From NCBI GenBank assembly GCA_963792965.1, contig CAWBYW010000013.1:96001-160000 (forward strand): a DNA stretch of 64,000 nucleotides. The letters run 5' to 3'. The notes below the pieces were generated by a model. The model saw nothing but the letters and a program-made list of their open reading frames with translations, was not told the origin of the DNA and ran no database searches. The position numbers and the translations under genes were made by a program. Of this stretch, positions 42,871 through 52,573 are shown one piece after another. The stretch is from an uncultured delta proteobacterium. Its GTDB lineage: Bacteria; Desulfobacterota; Zymogenia; Zymogenales; Zymogenaceae. Position 1 is the stretch's first letter; the number at the start of each line of letters is the position of its first letter.

Positions 42871-44051
42871 ATGAACAGAGCGGCGATTACCTCATACCTC
42901 TCGATCCTTTGCTACGGAATGTGCATCACCATCATCGGCCCCGCGCTTGGGGCTGTGGGAGAGACCTTTTCGCTTTCCCCCGCGCGGCTGGGCCTCTTCA
43001 CGACGGTGCTCTCGGCGGGTCTCCTCCCGGCGGTCCTGCTCGGTGGGTATGCCGTCGATCGATATGGCGCCAAGGTCGTCGGAATCGCCGGCCAGGCATC
43101 GTTGACGGCGGGCCTCTCCTCTTTTCGGTTACGTCGAGCTTCCCCGTCGCCCTCTCGGCGTTCTTTCTGCTGGGGATCGGCGGAGGCAGCATTGAGATCG
43201 TTACCAATACTCTCGTCTCTGAGCTCCACCCGTATAAGCGTGCCTCGGCCCTCAACCTGCTGCACGCCTTCTACGGCATCGGGGCGCTTATGGGGCCGAT
43301 TCTCTCCGGGGCCCTCATCGATTCGGACGTGATGTGGCAGACGGGCTACTGGATTTTAGCGGCCCTCTCGGCCGCCGTGACGATGCTCGTGGTCCTTACC
43401 CGCTTTCCACCTCGGGTCTCCACCTCGGACAAGGTCGATTTTTCCGACTTTCTTACGATCGCCAAAACTCCGGCGGCGCTCCTCTTCGGGGCCGTCATTA
43501 TCGTATATATCGGCTCGGAGATGGGGATCACCTACTGGTCGGTGCTCTACCTGACCCAGCGCCATTCGCTCACGGTGCTCCTGGCTGGTTCCTTTCTCTC
43601 CTATTTCTGGGTGGCGATCACCGCGGGGAGGTTCGTGGTCTTTTTCATTGCGAAAAAGATCGGGGATCGTCTTCTCCTGCTGATCCTGGCCGCACTTGCG
43701 TTGCTGGCCTATGCGCTCTTTCTGGAGGCAGACCGTGGGTGGGTTTCCGGGCTCGGATTGACGCTGGTCGGCCTCTTCTTTTCCGGGATCTTCCCGACGG
43801 CCGTGGGGTTGGGTGTCAACCGGTTCTCCCATGTCCCCGGCACCATCACCGGCTTTCTCATGACCTTTATGGCCTGCGGGATGCTCATCTTTCCCTATAT
43901 CGTCGGTCTCATCACCAACGTATCCTCCCTCTTTTCGGGGATGCTTCTTATCCTCTTGCTCCTGGCATGCCTGACAATACTCACCGCCTTCGTCGCCCTG
44001 CAAAAGAGGCGGTTGGAATATGGCGCGCCGATCGACCGGTCCGCCCGTTAG
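42871..44051 (+). CDS. MFS transporter (FucP/TsgA-like), frameshift near 43114
   Basis: Motif A-like GYAVDRYG, LNLLHAFYGIGA, YIGSE, GRF; about 12 TM helices across two frames. Confidence 0.85.
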
Positions 44052-44237
44052 GGGTGTGCCTCGATGACACGGGGTGTTTCCGAGAGGGGGAGAACGCAAG
44101 GCGGCTTCAGGCATGAGCAATCGTGTCGAAATACTCCCCCACGACCGTATCATCGACTGTTACCTCGAGCCGCCAATCGCCGGGATGAGCTGGAGGAAAT
44201 ACTTCTTGAGACCATGAGAAATTAGGAGACAGCTATT

Positions 44238-46793
44238 ATGAACGCTAAGCCGGCGCAAAAAGGGGTTATGAACCAACAGGAAGAGGACGCCCTCATTAAC
44301 GAAACGATGCTGGTCGGCATCGACCTTTTTAAGGCGCTCCTCGTCTTTTTCAAGGAAAGGATCAAGTACCCGTTTATCAAAAAGAAGGTAGGGGAGCTCG
44401 GGCCTAACGTCTATTTCGGCTATTCTGACCATCCGTTGGATGTGGACGCCACGCCGGTAATTACCCCCTTCTCCTTCCTACGCAAGAACCGCCGCAGAAG
44501 CGCTTCCTCGGTGCTCTCAGTTGGAATCAGGGAACGGTCAAAAAATTCGTTCACCTTTACTGCCAAGGGATACGACATCTACCGAGTGATCAACCGGGAT
44601 GTCATGTTCAGACACGAGTATCGAGTAGACGATAACACACGATATAAGGAGATGACGCTGAGGATCGATTTCCTCAGAGAAGACGTCTATCGCCTGAGAC
44701 TAAAAGAGGGGGTATCGGTCCCGGAAAACGACACGCCGATGATCCATCGGAACATATCCGATCCGTCGGTGCCGGTCGATTTCAGAGACGAGGGCGGTCA
44801 TTACACCCTAACTACTCCGAAACTCCGTCTCAAGATATACCGGGAGCGTTTTCGTATCGAAATATTCGATGGGGAAGGGAGGCTCATCACAGAATCGGGG
44901 AGCCAGACCAAAAATGAATTCCCCACTCCCTTTGACGCGTTTCCTCTTGGTTTCATAAAGGTCAAGAATCGGCAGAAGTATGGAATTGACTCATTCGTCC
45001 TTTACCCGGGGGAGGCCGTCTACGGGCTAGGCGAACACTTCGGTCCGGTCAACCACGTCGGTAAGACCATCGGCCAGTGGATCATCGAGGGTCTCGGTAA
45101 TACATCCGGGAGGGTTTACAAGAACGTCCCCTTCTTCATGAGCACCCAGGGGTACGGCGTCTTCATCAATGAGAGCAGGCCCATTACCTTCTGGATCGGC
45201 AGCAGGGAGACCTGCAAGAATATGTTTGCCGTCGAGGGTGACTTGATTGACTACTATTTCTTCTTCGGGCCTTCCTTAAAAAAGATTCTCAACACCTATA
45301 CCGACCTCACCGGCAAGCCCGCGATGCCGCCGAAGTGGTCCTTCGGTACCTGGATATCCCGTATCAGCTACTACTCCCAAAAGCAGGTGATGGCCGTCGC
45401 CGAGCGGCTTAGGAAGATGCAATTCCCTTCTGATGTCATCCACATTGATACCGGATGGTTTGATGTAGACTGGCGATGCGACTGGAAATTCAATGCGGAG
45501 CACTTCCCGGATCCAGCCGCTCTGTTCAAGGAGGCCCGGGAGATGGGATTCAGGATCTGTCTTTGGCAAATTCCCTATGTGCTGAAGGATACCGAGATCT
45601 ATAAGGACGCCAAGAAAAGAGGGATCCTTGCGCAAAAGAGGGGTCCCTTCGTGTTTCTTTTCCTGTATCCCGGCAGTCCGATCGACTTCTCGAATCCTGA
45701 AGGAGTCCGGTGGTACAAAGAGAGACTGCAGCATCTCCTCAGAATGGGCGCCGCCACAATTAAGGCTGATTTCGGCGAAGGCGTCGAGCCGTCTATGCGC
45801 TTTAAGCACTATGACGGCAGACAGATGCACAACCTCTATCCCCTTCTGTATCAGAAGGCCGGATTCGAGGCGATCGAGGAGACGTACGGAAAGGGCCAAG
45901 CCGTCATATGGGCTCGGGGCGGCTACGCGGGATGCCAGCGATATCCGATACACTGGTCGGGAGATAATTCGTCAAACCATGAGAACCTCTTGAGCTCGCT
46001 CCGCGGGGGCTTGAGTCTCGGCCTTTCCGGATTCAGTTTTTGGAGCCAGGACACCGGCGGATTTGTCGGTATCCCCTCCGACGTGGTGTACGTCCGCTGG
46101 ACGCAGCTGTCCATTTTTCAGTCTCACCTCCGTTTTCATGGGTGCCCCCCGAACTACAAAGAGCCGTGGAACTTCACTCCCGAGACACAGCGGATTGTTA
46201 GAGATTACCTGAACCTCCGTTATCGTCTGATCCCCTACCTCTACACCGAGGCCCAGGTCGCCGCTCAGGAGGGTCTGCCGATATTGCGTCACCTCGTCAT
46301 TGACTTTCAGGATGACCCGACGGTCTATAACATCGAAGATCAGTATATGTGCGGCAGACATATACTGGTCGCTCCGATCCTCACCAAGAATAACCATCGC
46401 TCGATCTATCTTCCCGATGGGTGCTGGTACGACTTCTGGACGGGAGAGCGCCTTGGAGGAAGGCAGTGGATCCATCGGGAAGCGGATATGAACACGATTC
46501 CCGTTTACGTCCGTGGTGGGATCGCACTTCCCCTCGCCAAGCCGGCCCAGAACACCGACGAACTTACTCATGACGGCATGAGCGTGCGTCTCTATCCGAA
46601 TGAGGAAGGCCAAGCCACCTATACCCTGATGGAGGAGAACGATCAGATAGGAGTAGGGGCGCATGTCTACAGGCAATCTGCGGAAGTGGAAATGAATCCG
46701 GAGCTGAGTAATGTAGTCATCGAGATCCCCGGAGTCGTGGAAATCTCGGATGTCAAGCTAAATAGCAGAAGAGTCGGATGGAATCATATCTAG
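44238..46793 (+). CDS. GH31 glycosidase (YicI alpha-xylosidase-like)
   Basis: YGLGEHF, YKNVPF, HIDTGW, KADFGE (nucleophile), HWSGD (acid/base), SQDTGGF, RFHG. Confidence 0.9.
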   Translation: MNAKPAQKGVMNQQEEDALINETMLVGIDLFKALLVFFKERIKYPFIKKKVGELGPNVYFGYSDHPLDVDATPVITPFSFLRKNRRRSASSVLSVGIRERSKNSFTFTAKGYDIYRVINRDVMFRHEYRVDDNTRYKEMTLRIDFLREDVYRLRLKEGVSVPENDTPMIHRNISDPSVPVDFRDEGGHYTLTTPKLRLKIYRERFRIEIFDGEGRLITESGSQTKNEFPTPFDAFPLGFIKVKNRQKYGIDSFVLYPGEAVYGLGEHFGPVNHVGKTIGQWIIEGLGNTSGRVYKNVPFFMSTQGYGVFINESRPITFWIGSRETCKNMFAVEGDLIDYYFFFGPSLKKILNTYTDLTGKPAMPPKWSFGTWISRISYYSQKQVMAVAERLRKMQFPSDVIHIDTGWFDVDWRCDWKFNAEHFPDPAALFKEAREMGFRICLWQIPYVLKDTEIYKDAKKRGILAQKRGPFVFLFLYPGSPIDFSNPEGVRWYKERLQHLLRMGAATIKADFGEGVEPSMRFKHYDGRQMHNLYPLLYQKAGFEAIEETYGKGQAVIWARGGYAGCQRYPIHWSGDNSSNHENLLSSLRGGLSLGLSGFSFWSQDTGGFVGIPSDVVYVRWTQLSIFQSHLRFHGCPPNYKEPWNFTPETQRIVRDYLNLRYRLIPYLYTEAQVAAQEGLPILRHLVIDFQDDPTVYNIEDQYMCGRHILVAPILTKNNHRSIYLPDGCWYDFWTGERLGGRQWIHREADMNTIPVYVRGGIALPLAKPAQNTDELTHDGMSVRLYPNEEGQATYTLMEENDQIGVGAHVYRQSAEVEMNPELSNVVIEIPGVVEISDVKLNSRRVGWNHI

Positions 46794-47072
46794 GAACTCG
46801 CCTGAGCAGCAGATATTTGTTCCAGACCCAGCATCTCCGTACATGAGATATAGCAGAGGTATTCTTCGTATACATCGGTATAAGTATCCTCGACAGTATA
46901 TCTGATGTAGTTCCTGGCGAGTTGACGGTTGAATGCCCCGGAAGCTGTTTCAGGTTCGTGATGTTCTTCGTGCTGGTAAGGAAGCAGACGGTAAAAGGAG
47001 CTGCGGAGCGTATCCGGGCGGACAAAAAGATAAGAATGAGTTAGGCACCCAAACCTGTAACTCCTTGAAACC

Positions 47073-47119
47073 TGGAGCCGGAGGGGAGGGTTGAACTCCC
47101 GACCTGATGATTACGAATC
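47073..47119 (-). mobile_element. 3' half of tRNA-Thr(CGT): att-site remnant (attR-like)
   Basis: Minus strand GA-TTCGTAA-TCATC-AGGTC-GGGAG-TTCAACC-CTCCC-CTCCGGC-T-CCA. The D arm and 5' acceptor strand are absent and the anticodon stem does not pair beyond 2-3 bp. Confidence 0.85.
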
Positions 47120-47221
47120 GCTTTCGGGGGGTTAGGCCAACCCATTGAAATGCATGGGAAAACGGCGTAACCCCTCATTTTTACTGAGAAACTCGTCTTT
47201 TCTTTGTTTTATCTGTTTCGG

Positions 47222-47266
47222 TCTATTTTGATCTATTTTGAGGTACAGTGGACACTATTTGGACAC
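47222..47266. repeat. Short direct repeats next to the tRNA fragment (integrase arm-type / accessory site candidates)
   Basis: TCTATTTTGA x2 (47222-47241); TGGACAC x2 (47249-47255, 47260-47266) in an AT-rich tract. Confidence 0.6.
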
Positions 47267-47371
47267 CATCAGTGATTAATACAGTTAGAAACAAGTATTC
47301 TAGCTACTGTATTTCAATGGAAGATATGCCGGGAATATGCCGCAAGCTCCCATCGTCCGACAGTCATCGCG

Positions 47372-48115
47372 CTATTGATATAGAAGGAGTATCAGCATCT
47401 TTCCGGGGCCATGGATTCCCCTGATGGCGGTGAGCGCGATATCGGCGGTCATGCTGGGACCGGTGACCAAGACGACGGCCGGTGGCCTGGGTGAAAGCTG
47501 GGATCGACCCTTCGTGTTTGTTTTCGGCTTCCCGAAATCGGCTGCCTGCCTCTCTGTGTATAATCCCTGATCGGTCATGCGCGACCAGAACTGATGAGTA
47601 TCGGTAATGATGTCGCGTACGGGAAGGAGGACGACATGGGCAAACGGCGCATGGGAAATGAGGCGGGAATAACCGCCGCCAAGGGAAAGCGCAACAGTCC
47701 CGGTCTCGGCGATGCCGCAGAGTGCGCCGGTAATTCCCACGTCAGAGGCAAAGCTCAACTCCCGATGCGCAGAGGCATCTTTACCCTGTACGGAAACCCG
47801 CAGACCAGCCGCCACGAGGGCCACTCCTATATCTGATGCTTTCACGATCCGCTCGCTGGAGAGAAACGCCGACGAAAACCCTAGCTTCTTCATGAACGAA
47901 ACCACCGCGGCAGCGGCTTTCTTCAGGTCGGGGATCTTCCTTACGATCGCGCCCGCAAAGACCGCGTGGTCGGAAAACTCCTTGACGAGGGTTTCAATCC
48001 CGATCGTTGAGTCCTCGGTCAGCTTGGGTTCTTGATGCGACCGAGTAAAAGGACGTGGGGCCGATTCCTTAAGCCTTTTGAGTATCGCTTGCCTGGCCGC
48101 CTGTGTATCATTCAT
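47372..48115 (-). CDS. lutC: LUD-domain protein (LutC/YkgG)
   Basis: DVGIT...IAETGT, HVVL, VTGPSMTADI...GIHGP. Confidence 0.85.
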   Translation of the reverse strand: MNDTQAARQAILKRLKESAPRPFTRSHQEPKLTEDSTIGIETLVKEFSDHAVFAGAIVRKIPDLKKAAAAVVSFMKKLGFSSAFLSSERIVKASDIGVALVAAGLRVSVQGKDASAHRELSFASDVGITGALCGIAETGTVALSLGGGYSRLISHAPFAHVVLLPVRDIITDTHQFWSRMTDQGLYTERQAADFGKPKTNTKGRSQLSPRPPAVVLVTGPSMTADIALTAIRGIHGPGKMLILLLYQ

Positions 48116-49554
48116 GGTGCCTTCCCCATCATTTTTTCATGTTTCCTGAAACGATCGCGGAACGGGACCGCGGCGGGGAAGGGGAGATCCCGGTCTCGAG
48201 TAAAGCCACCCGCCTTTGTCGGGAGCTTTCTGATTTTGCCGTTGGTTTTCCACGGGAGGAGCGCCCACCGCATGAGTTTGCCCCCCAGTCTGAACCGCTT
48301 CTCGTCCCCCAGCCCCCACGCCCACAGGGAATGAACAATCCGTTCGGTGATTGGGGGCTTCTTTGCGCCGAATCGGGCTTCCCCGGTCGCGCGCTTTTCC
48401 CTGAGTTTTAAGAAAAGCTCCGGGTGGTCAATGCCCGCCGGACAGACCTCGGCGCATTTTCCGCAGAGCGTGCACGCGTGGTAGAGATCCTTGGCTCGAT
48501 CGAGGCCCAAGAAGAGCGAGTTGAGCAGCGCGCCGATCGGGCCCGAATATACCCAACCATATGCGTATCCCCCCACCTTACTCCATACAGGACAGGTATT
48601 GAGGCACGCCCCACACTTGATGCATTGCAGAACCTCCCTCACCTCGGGATCCTGATAGATCCGGCTGCGCCCGGCGTCGACGATGACTAAAATAAGCTCC
48701 TCCGGGCCGTCAATATCTCCCTTTTCCTTCGGTCGATCGATGAGCGAGATATAGCTCGAGATAGCCTGACCGGTACAACTCCTTGTGAGGAGTTTGAGCA
48801 TAAACAGGGCATCATCCATGGTTGGGACGATCTTCTCGATTCCCATAACCGCGACGTGCGTTTTGGGTGCAGACGTGGAGAATCTGATGTTTCCCTCGTT
48901 TTCGGCAAGGATTATGGTCCCGGTCTCGGCGACCGCCATATTGACACCGGTGACACCCATCTGAGCGCGCTTGAATTTATCCCTCAGAAACGTTCGTGCC
49001 TGCATCCCCAACCCGTTCAGATCGAGGGTCCTTTCCACCCCCATCACACGCGCGAAAAGGTCTGCGATCTCCTCGGTAGGCATATTGAGGGCGGGACCCA
49101 CGATATGAAACGGCGGACGATGGGCCTGCTGCACGATGAATTCACCGAGGTCGGTCTCGTATACGTCGATGCTGGACTCGACGAACAGCTCATTTAGTCC
49201 CATTTCCTCGGTTAGCATGGACTTCCCTTTTGTTACGGTCGTGACCCCCCGTTCTCGGGCGAGGTTGACGATAAGCTCACGGGCCTCTTTATGATCAGCG
49301 GCCCAGAATACGACACCGCCGTTCTTTATAACGTTCCGTTCGAATTGTTCGAGATAGGCCGGGAGGTTTCCCAGGGCCTCTCTCCTGATATCTCGCGCCC
49401 TGACCATGGCTGCGTCCGGATCCTTGAGCGTGGAAAAGGAATAGTCCCGTACGGCCGTGAAGATGAGACGGAGGCGGTTGAGGATGTCTCTCTGGGTGGC
49501 GTCTGCGATGCCCGACGCGGCCTTCTCGCGAAAATGCTCGACCTCTATCTTCAT
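48112..49554 (-). CDS. lutB: LutB/LldF Fe-S lactate-oxidation subunit
   Basis: KGKSMLTEE, ETDLGEFI, ENEGN, CIKCGACLNTCP, YSGPIG, CTLCGKCAEVCP. Confidence 0.92.
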   Translation of the reverse strand: MKIEVEHFREKAASGIADATQRDILNRLRLIFTAVRDYSFSTLKDPDAAMVRARDIRREALGNLPAYLEQFERNVIKNGGVVFWAADHKEARELIVNLARERGVTTVTKGKSMLTEEMGLNELFVESSIDVYETDLGEFIVQQAHRPPFHIVGPALNMPTEEIADLFARVMGVERTLDLNGLGMQARTFLRDKFKRAQMGVTGVNMAVAETGTIILAENEGNIRFSTSAPKTHVAVMGIEKIVPTMDDALFMLKLLTRSCTGQAISSYISLIDRPKEKGDIDGPEELILVIVDAGRSRIYQDPEVREVLQCIKCGACLNTCPVWSKVGGYAYGWVYSGPIGALLNSLFLGLDRAKDLYHACTLCGKCAEVCPAGIDHPELFLKLREKRATGEARFGAKKPPITERIVHSLWAWGLGDEKRFRLGGKLMRWALLPWKTNGKIRKLPTKAGGFTRDRDLPFPAAVPFRDRFRKHEKMMGKAP

Positions 49555-50282
49555 CGGTCGCCTCCTGTCTGCGCGAGTAGCTCCGCTATATGGAGAACCT
49601 TTAACGGGAGGCCCCGCCGCTCGACGAATCCCCTGATGTTGAGGATGCATCCCGGCTCGCCGAGGACGAGAAACTCGGCGCCGCTGGCGACAACCCTACT
49701 CACCTTCTCCTCCACCATCGCGGTAGAGATGTCCGGATAGAGGGAAGAGAACTCTCCGCCGAAACCGCAGCAGACATCGTCTTCTGGAAGCGGAACGATC
49801 TCGATACCGCCAATATTCGAGAGAAGGGTCAGTGGACTCCGGTAGATGCCAAGCCCGCGCAGGATGTGGCAGGAGTGATGGTAGGCTACCTTATGGTGGA
49901 ACGACGCGCCTGCGCCGGTAAAGCCCATTACCGAAACGAGGAATTCGGAGAGCTCGTATACACGCTCCAAAAGCTCCCGGGCGCGCTTACCTGTGGTTCC
50001 GGTCGGGAAGAGTCTGGGGTATTGTTCTTTTACCGTGTGGACGCAGGAACCGGAGGGAGCGACGACGTAGTCTCTCCCGGAGAAGATGTCGATGAAGCGT
50101 TGAGCGATCTTTCGTGCCTCAAGGATCCTACCGGTATTGATGAGGGGCTGGCCGCAGCAGGTTTGGCGGGGGTCATAGTGGACGTCTGCTCCCGATCGAG
50201 AAAGGAGGCGCGTAGTTGCCTCGCCGATTTCAGGGAGAAACTGATCGACCAGGCAGGGGATAAAAAGGGATACCTTCTTCAT
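49551..50282 (-). CDS. lutA: LutA/LldE cysteine-rich (CCG) subunit
   Basis: LFIPCLVD, QTCCGQP, PSGSC, YHHSCH, CCGFGG, PGC. Confidence 0.92.
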   Translation of the reverse strand: MKKVSLFIPCLVDQFLPEIGEATTRLLSRSGADVHYDPRQTCCGQPLINTGRILEARKIAQRFIDIFSGRDYVVAPSGSCVHTVKEQYPRLFPTGTTGKRARELLERVYELSEFLVSVMGFTGAGASFHHKVAYHHSCHILRGLGIYRSPLTLLSNIGGIEIVPLPEDDVCCGFGGEFSSLYPDISTAMVEEKVSRVVASGAEFLVLGEPGCILNIRGFVERRGLPLKVLHIAELLAQTGGDR

Positions 50283-50374
50283 GTCGGAACCCTCACGCTA
50301 TCTCATGATTTGCGTTCTCACATCGAGGGATCGTGCTCGTGATATATCATCGGAAGAATCGAAGAATCAGATGA

Positions 50375-50548
50375 ATGTTCGGTATTATCGAACATAATAT
50401 TGTGATGCTGAACGTATATCATATACGGAGCGGATGTCAAGAAAAATAGTACGGAGGAAAAACGATAATCCCGGTTAATTTTCTTGACATCGTTTTACGG
50501 TTGGTCTATGTTCAGTAATATCATATCATGTTCGATATCGTTGAACAG
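50375..50548. promoter_or_regulatory. Back-to-back divergent promoters with palindromic operator candidates (IclR-type)
   Basis: ATGTTCG-N7-CGAACAT (50375-50395) and ATGTTCG-N7-TGAACAG (50528-50548); TTTTCTTGACAT present on both strands (50434-50445, 50479-50490). Confidence 0.8.
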
Positions 50549-50572
50549 TAATTGTGGGGGAGGCGTCTGCCC

Positions 50573-51367
50573 ATGAGCGTTCAGTCGGTACGCAAAGCCA
50601 TTGATATCCTTTCCATCTTTTCGCACGCCCAGCCGGAACTGGGGATCACCGAGATCAGCAAGAGCATCGGTCTGCCGAAGGCAACGGTCCACGGTATCGT
50701 GAAAACACTGGTGCAGCAGGGGTTCCTTGCCCAGGACGCACAGACTAATAAATACAGCCTTGGTCTGAGACTTTATGAACTGGGGACCATTCTCTCAGGT
50801 ACCCTTAAGATAAACCTCGTCGGACTTGGACCGGTCCACCGTCTGGCACAAAAACACTCTGTCATGGTACGGCTCGCGCTCTGGGACCAGGGGAGCGCCT
50901 TCGTTACGATGAACCGATTTCCCTCCACCGACGTGGCCCAAACGCAGATTTTAGGCCCCCGAATCCCCGCCCATTGCACCGCCCTCGGCAAATCCATACT
51001 CGCCTTTCTCCCTAAGGACGAGCTGCAGAGATATCTCGAATACGCCCAGCTCCCCCCCTATACTCCTCAAACCATCATCGGCAAGAAAAGCCTTCTGGAA
51101 GAGCTCGAACACATCCAGAAGACGGGTTTTGCCACGGATAACCAGGAGTATGTCACGGGACATTGTTGTATCGGCGCCCCTATTTTCGACCGAAAAGGAA
51201 ACCCCATAGCCGCCGTCAGCCTTTCGGTGCTACCTCCGGACCTTATCCAAAAACTACCTCCACCTCTCGTCTATGACCTGCTCCAGACTTCCGTCGAGAT
51301 TTCGATGTCTATGGGGTACACACCGACGGGGACTTCCAGAGTGATGGCGACTAAGACGTTACCGTAG
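50573..51367 (+). CDS. IclR-family transcriptional regulator
   Basis: VQSVRKAIDIL, HTH LGITEISKSIGLPKATVHGI, PAHCTALGK, IGAPIFD. Confidence 0.95.
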   Translation: MSVQSVRKAIDILSIFSHAQPELGITEISKSIGLPKATVHGIVKTLVQQGFLAQDAQTNKYSLGLRLYELGTILSGTLKINLVGLGPVHRLAQKHSVMVRLALWDQGSAFVTMNRFPSTDVAQTQILGPRIPAHCTALGKSILAFLPKDELQRYLEYAQLPPYTPQTIIGKKSLLEELEHIQKTGFATDNQEYVTGHCCIGAPIFDRKGNPIAAVSLSVLPPDLIQKLPPPLVYDLLQTSVEISMSMGYTPTGTSRVMATKTLP

Positions 51368-51439
51368 CGTATCCTTTATCGACGAGGGACGCCTGTCCCT
51401 TCATTGGGTGATACAGGAGTCTTTTCAAGGAGATATATA

Positions 51440-52561
51440 ATGCAGGTTCTTGGACCGAGCGAACTAATGCAAGATGTGGTTAATAGAGGTCTTTGTATCG
51501 GGTGTGGTGCCTGTGTGAATCTCTGCCCCTATTTTAAGAACTACATGGGTAAGACCGGAATGATATTTCCCTGCACGCTTGCTCAGGGACGCTGCTATGC
51601 GTTCTGCCCGAAAGCCGAGGTCAACCTTGCCGAGCTTTCGGAGGGTGTATTAGGGCTACCATACGACGGCTCGCCTCTCGGGAACTATCGAGAGGTTATG
51701 TCGGCCCGGGCCGGTAAACAAATCGCCGGAGGGACCTTCCAGGCGGGCGGTACCGTTTCTTCCCTGATCTCTTTTGCGCTCGCGACCGGATTTATCGACG
51801 GCGCCGTGCTGACCGATCAGGAGGGCCTGGTTCCCGTGCCGCGCTTTGTGACCACGGCCGAAGAGGTAGGGGCCTGTGCTTCCTCAAAGTATACGGCCGC
51901 CCCGACACTTGCGGCGCTTAACCAGGCGGTTAACACGGGCTACTCCAAGATAGGCGTGGTGGGCACGCCGTGCCAGATTATCGCAACGGCCAAGATGAGG
52001 TCAAATCCCTTTAAGCGAGAAGACTTCGCGGATCCGGTCGCCCTAGCCGTGGGGCTCTTCTGCACATGGGCGCTGGATACCCGGAGCCTGATTGGGTTCC
52101 TTTCAAAACGTATGGATATATCCGGGACCAGGGCGATGGATATCCCTCCGCCGCCCTCGGAGATATTGATCGTGAAAACGGTACATGATGAGGTGAGAAT
52201 CCCTCTGGGCGAAATTCGTCCCCTGATTCCCCAATCGTGCACCGTTTGCCCCGACATGACCTCTGAGTGGTCGGACATATCGGTCGGAGTCCTGGAAGGA
52301 AAACCGGAATGGAATACGCTCATCATCCGCACCGGGAGGGGCAAGGATATCGTCGATCGCGCTCTCCGGGAAGGGTATCTCGTTACGGAGGAAATGCCGG
52401 CGGATGGCCTTGACCATCTCCAGGAGGCGGCCCTCAATAAGAAAAAGCGAGCGTTGAAGAAGGCAAAGGAAGAGGGGCTGCTTAATACCGCAGACGGAGG
52501 AGGGACGCGCTCACTTTTAAGGGTTGCCGATGATGTAATCAAGAGAATCTCGGGACAATAG
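51440..52561 (+). CDS. FrhB/FdhB/FpoF-family protein with an N-terminal ferredoxin motif
   Basis: CIGCGACVNLCP, QAGGTVS, SSKY, VGTPCQ, GLFC, CTVCPD...SDISVG. Confidence 0.9.
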   Translation: MQVLGPSELMQDVVNRGLCIGCGACVNLCPYFKNYMGKTGMIFPCTLAQGRCYAFCPKAEVNLAELSEGVLGLPYDGSPLGNYREVMSARAGKQIAGGTFQAGGTVSSLISFALATGFIDGAVLTDQEGLVPVPRFVTTAEEVGACASSKYTAAPTLAALNQAVNTGYSKIGVVGTPCQIIATAKMRSNPFKREDFADPVALAVGLFCTWALDTRSLIGFLSKRMDISGTRAMDIPPPPSEILIVKTVHDEVRIPLGEIRPLIPQSCTVCPDMTSEWSDISVGVLEGKPEWNTLIIRTGRGKDIVDRALREGYLVTEEMPADGLDHLQEAALNKKKRALKKAKEEGLLNTADGGGTRSLLRVADDVIKRISGQ

Positions 52562-52573
52562 GAGGCAGCACGC

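Noticed and set aside
44238-46793. Sulfoquinovosidase (YihQ) assignment for the GH31
   Set aside because: The nucleophile context KADFGE and the WQIPY segment look YicI-like, and no sulfoglycolysis genes are adjacent.
46790-47070. Open minus-strand frame (…RQLARNYIRYTVEDTYTDVYEEYL…SS*) between the GH31 gene and the tRNA fragment
   Set aside because: No start codon or RBS and no recognisable family; may be a gene remnant but cannot be supported.
47073-47150. Complete tRNA-Thr gene
   Set aside because: No D arm or 5' acceptor strand (GCCGGAG) upstream, and the anticodon stem is broken; treated as an att fragment.
51440-52561. F420-reducing hydrogenase / methanogen origin
   Set aside because: No hydrogenase large or small subunits are nearby; stand-alone FrhB-family proteins occur in bacteria and the context is bacterial.
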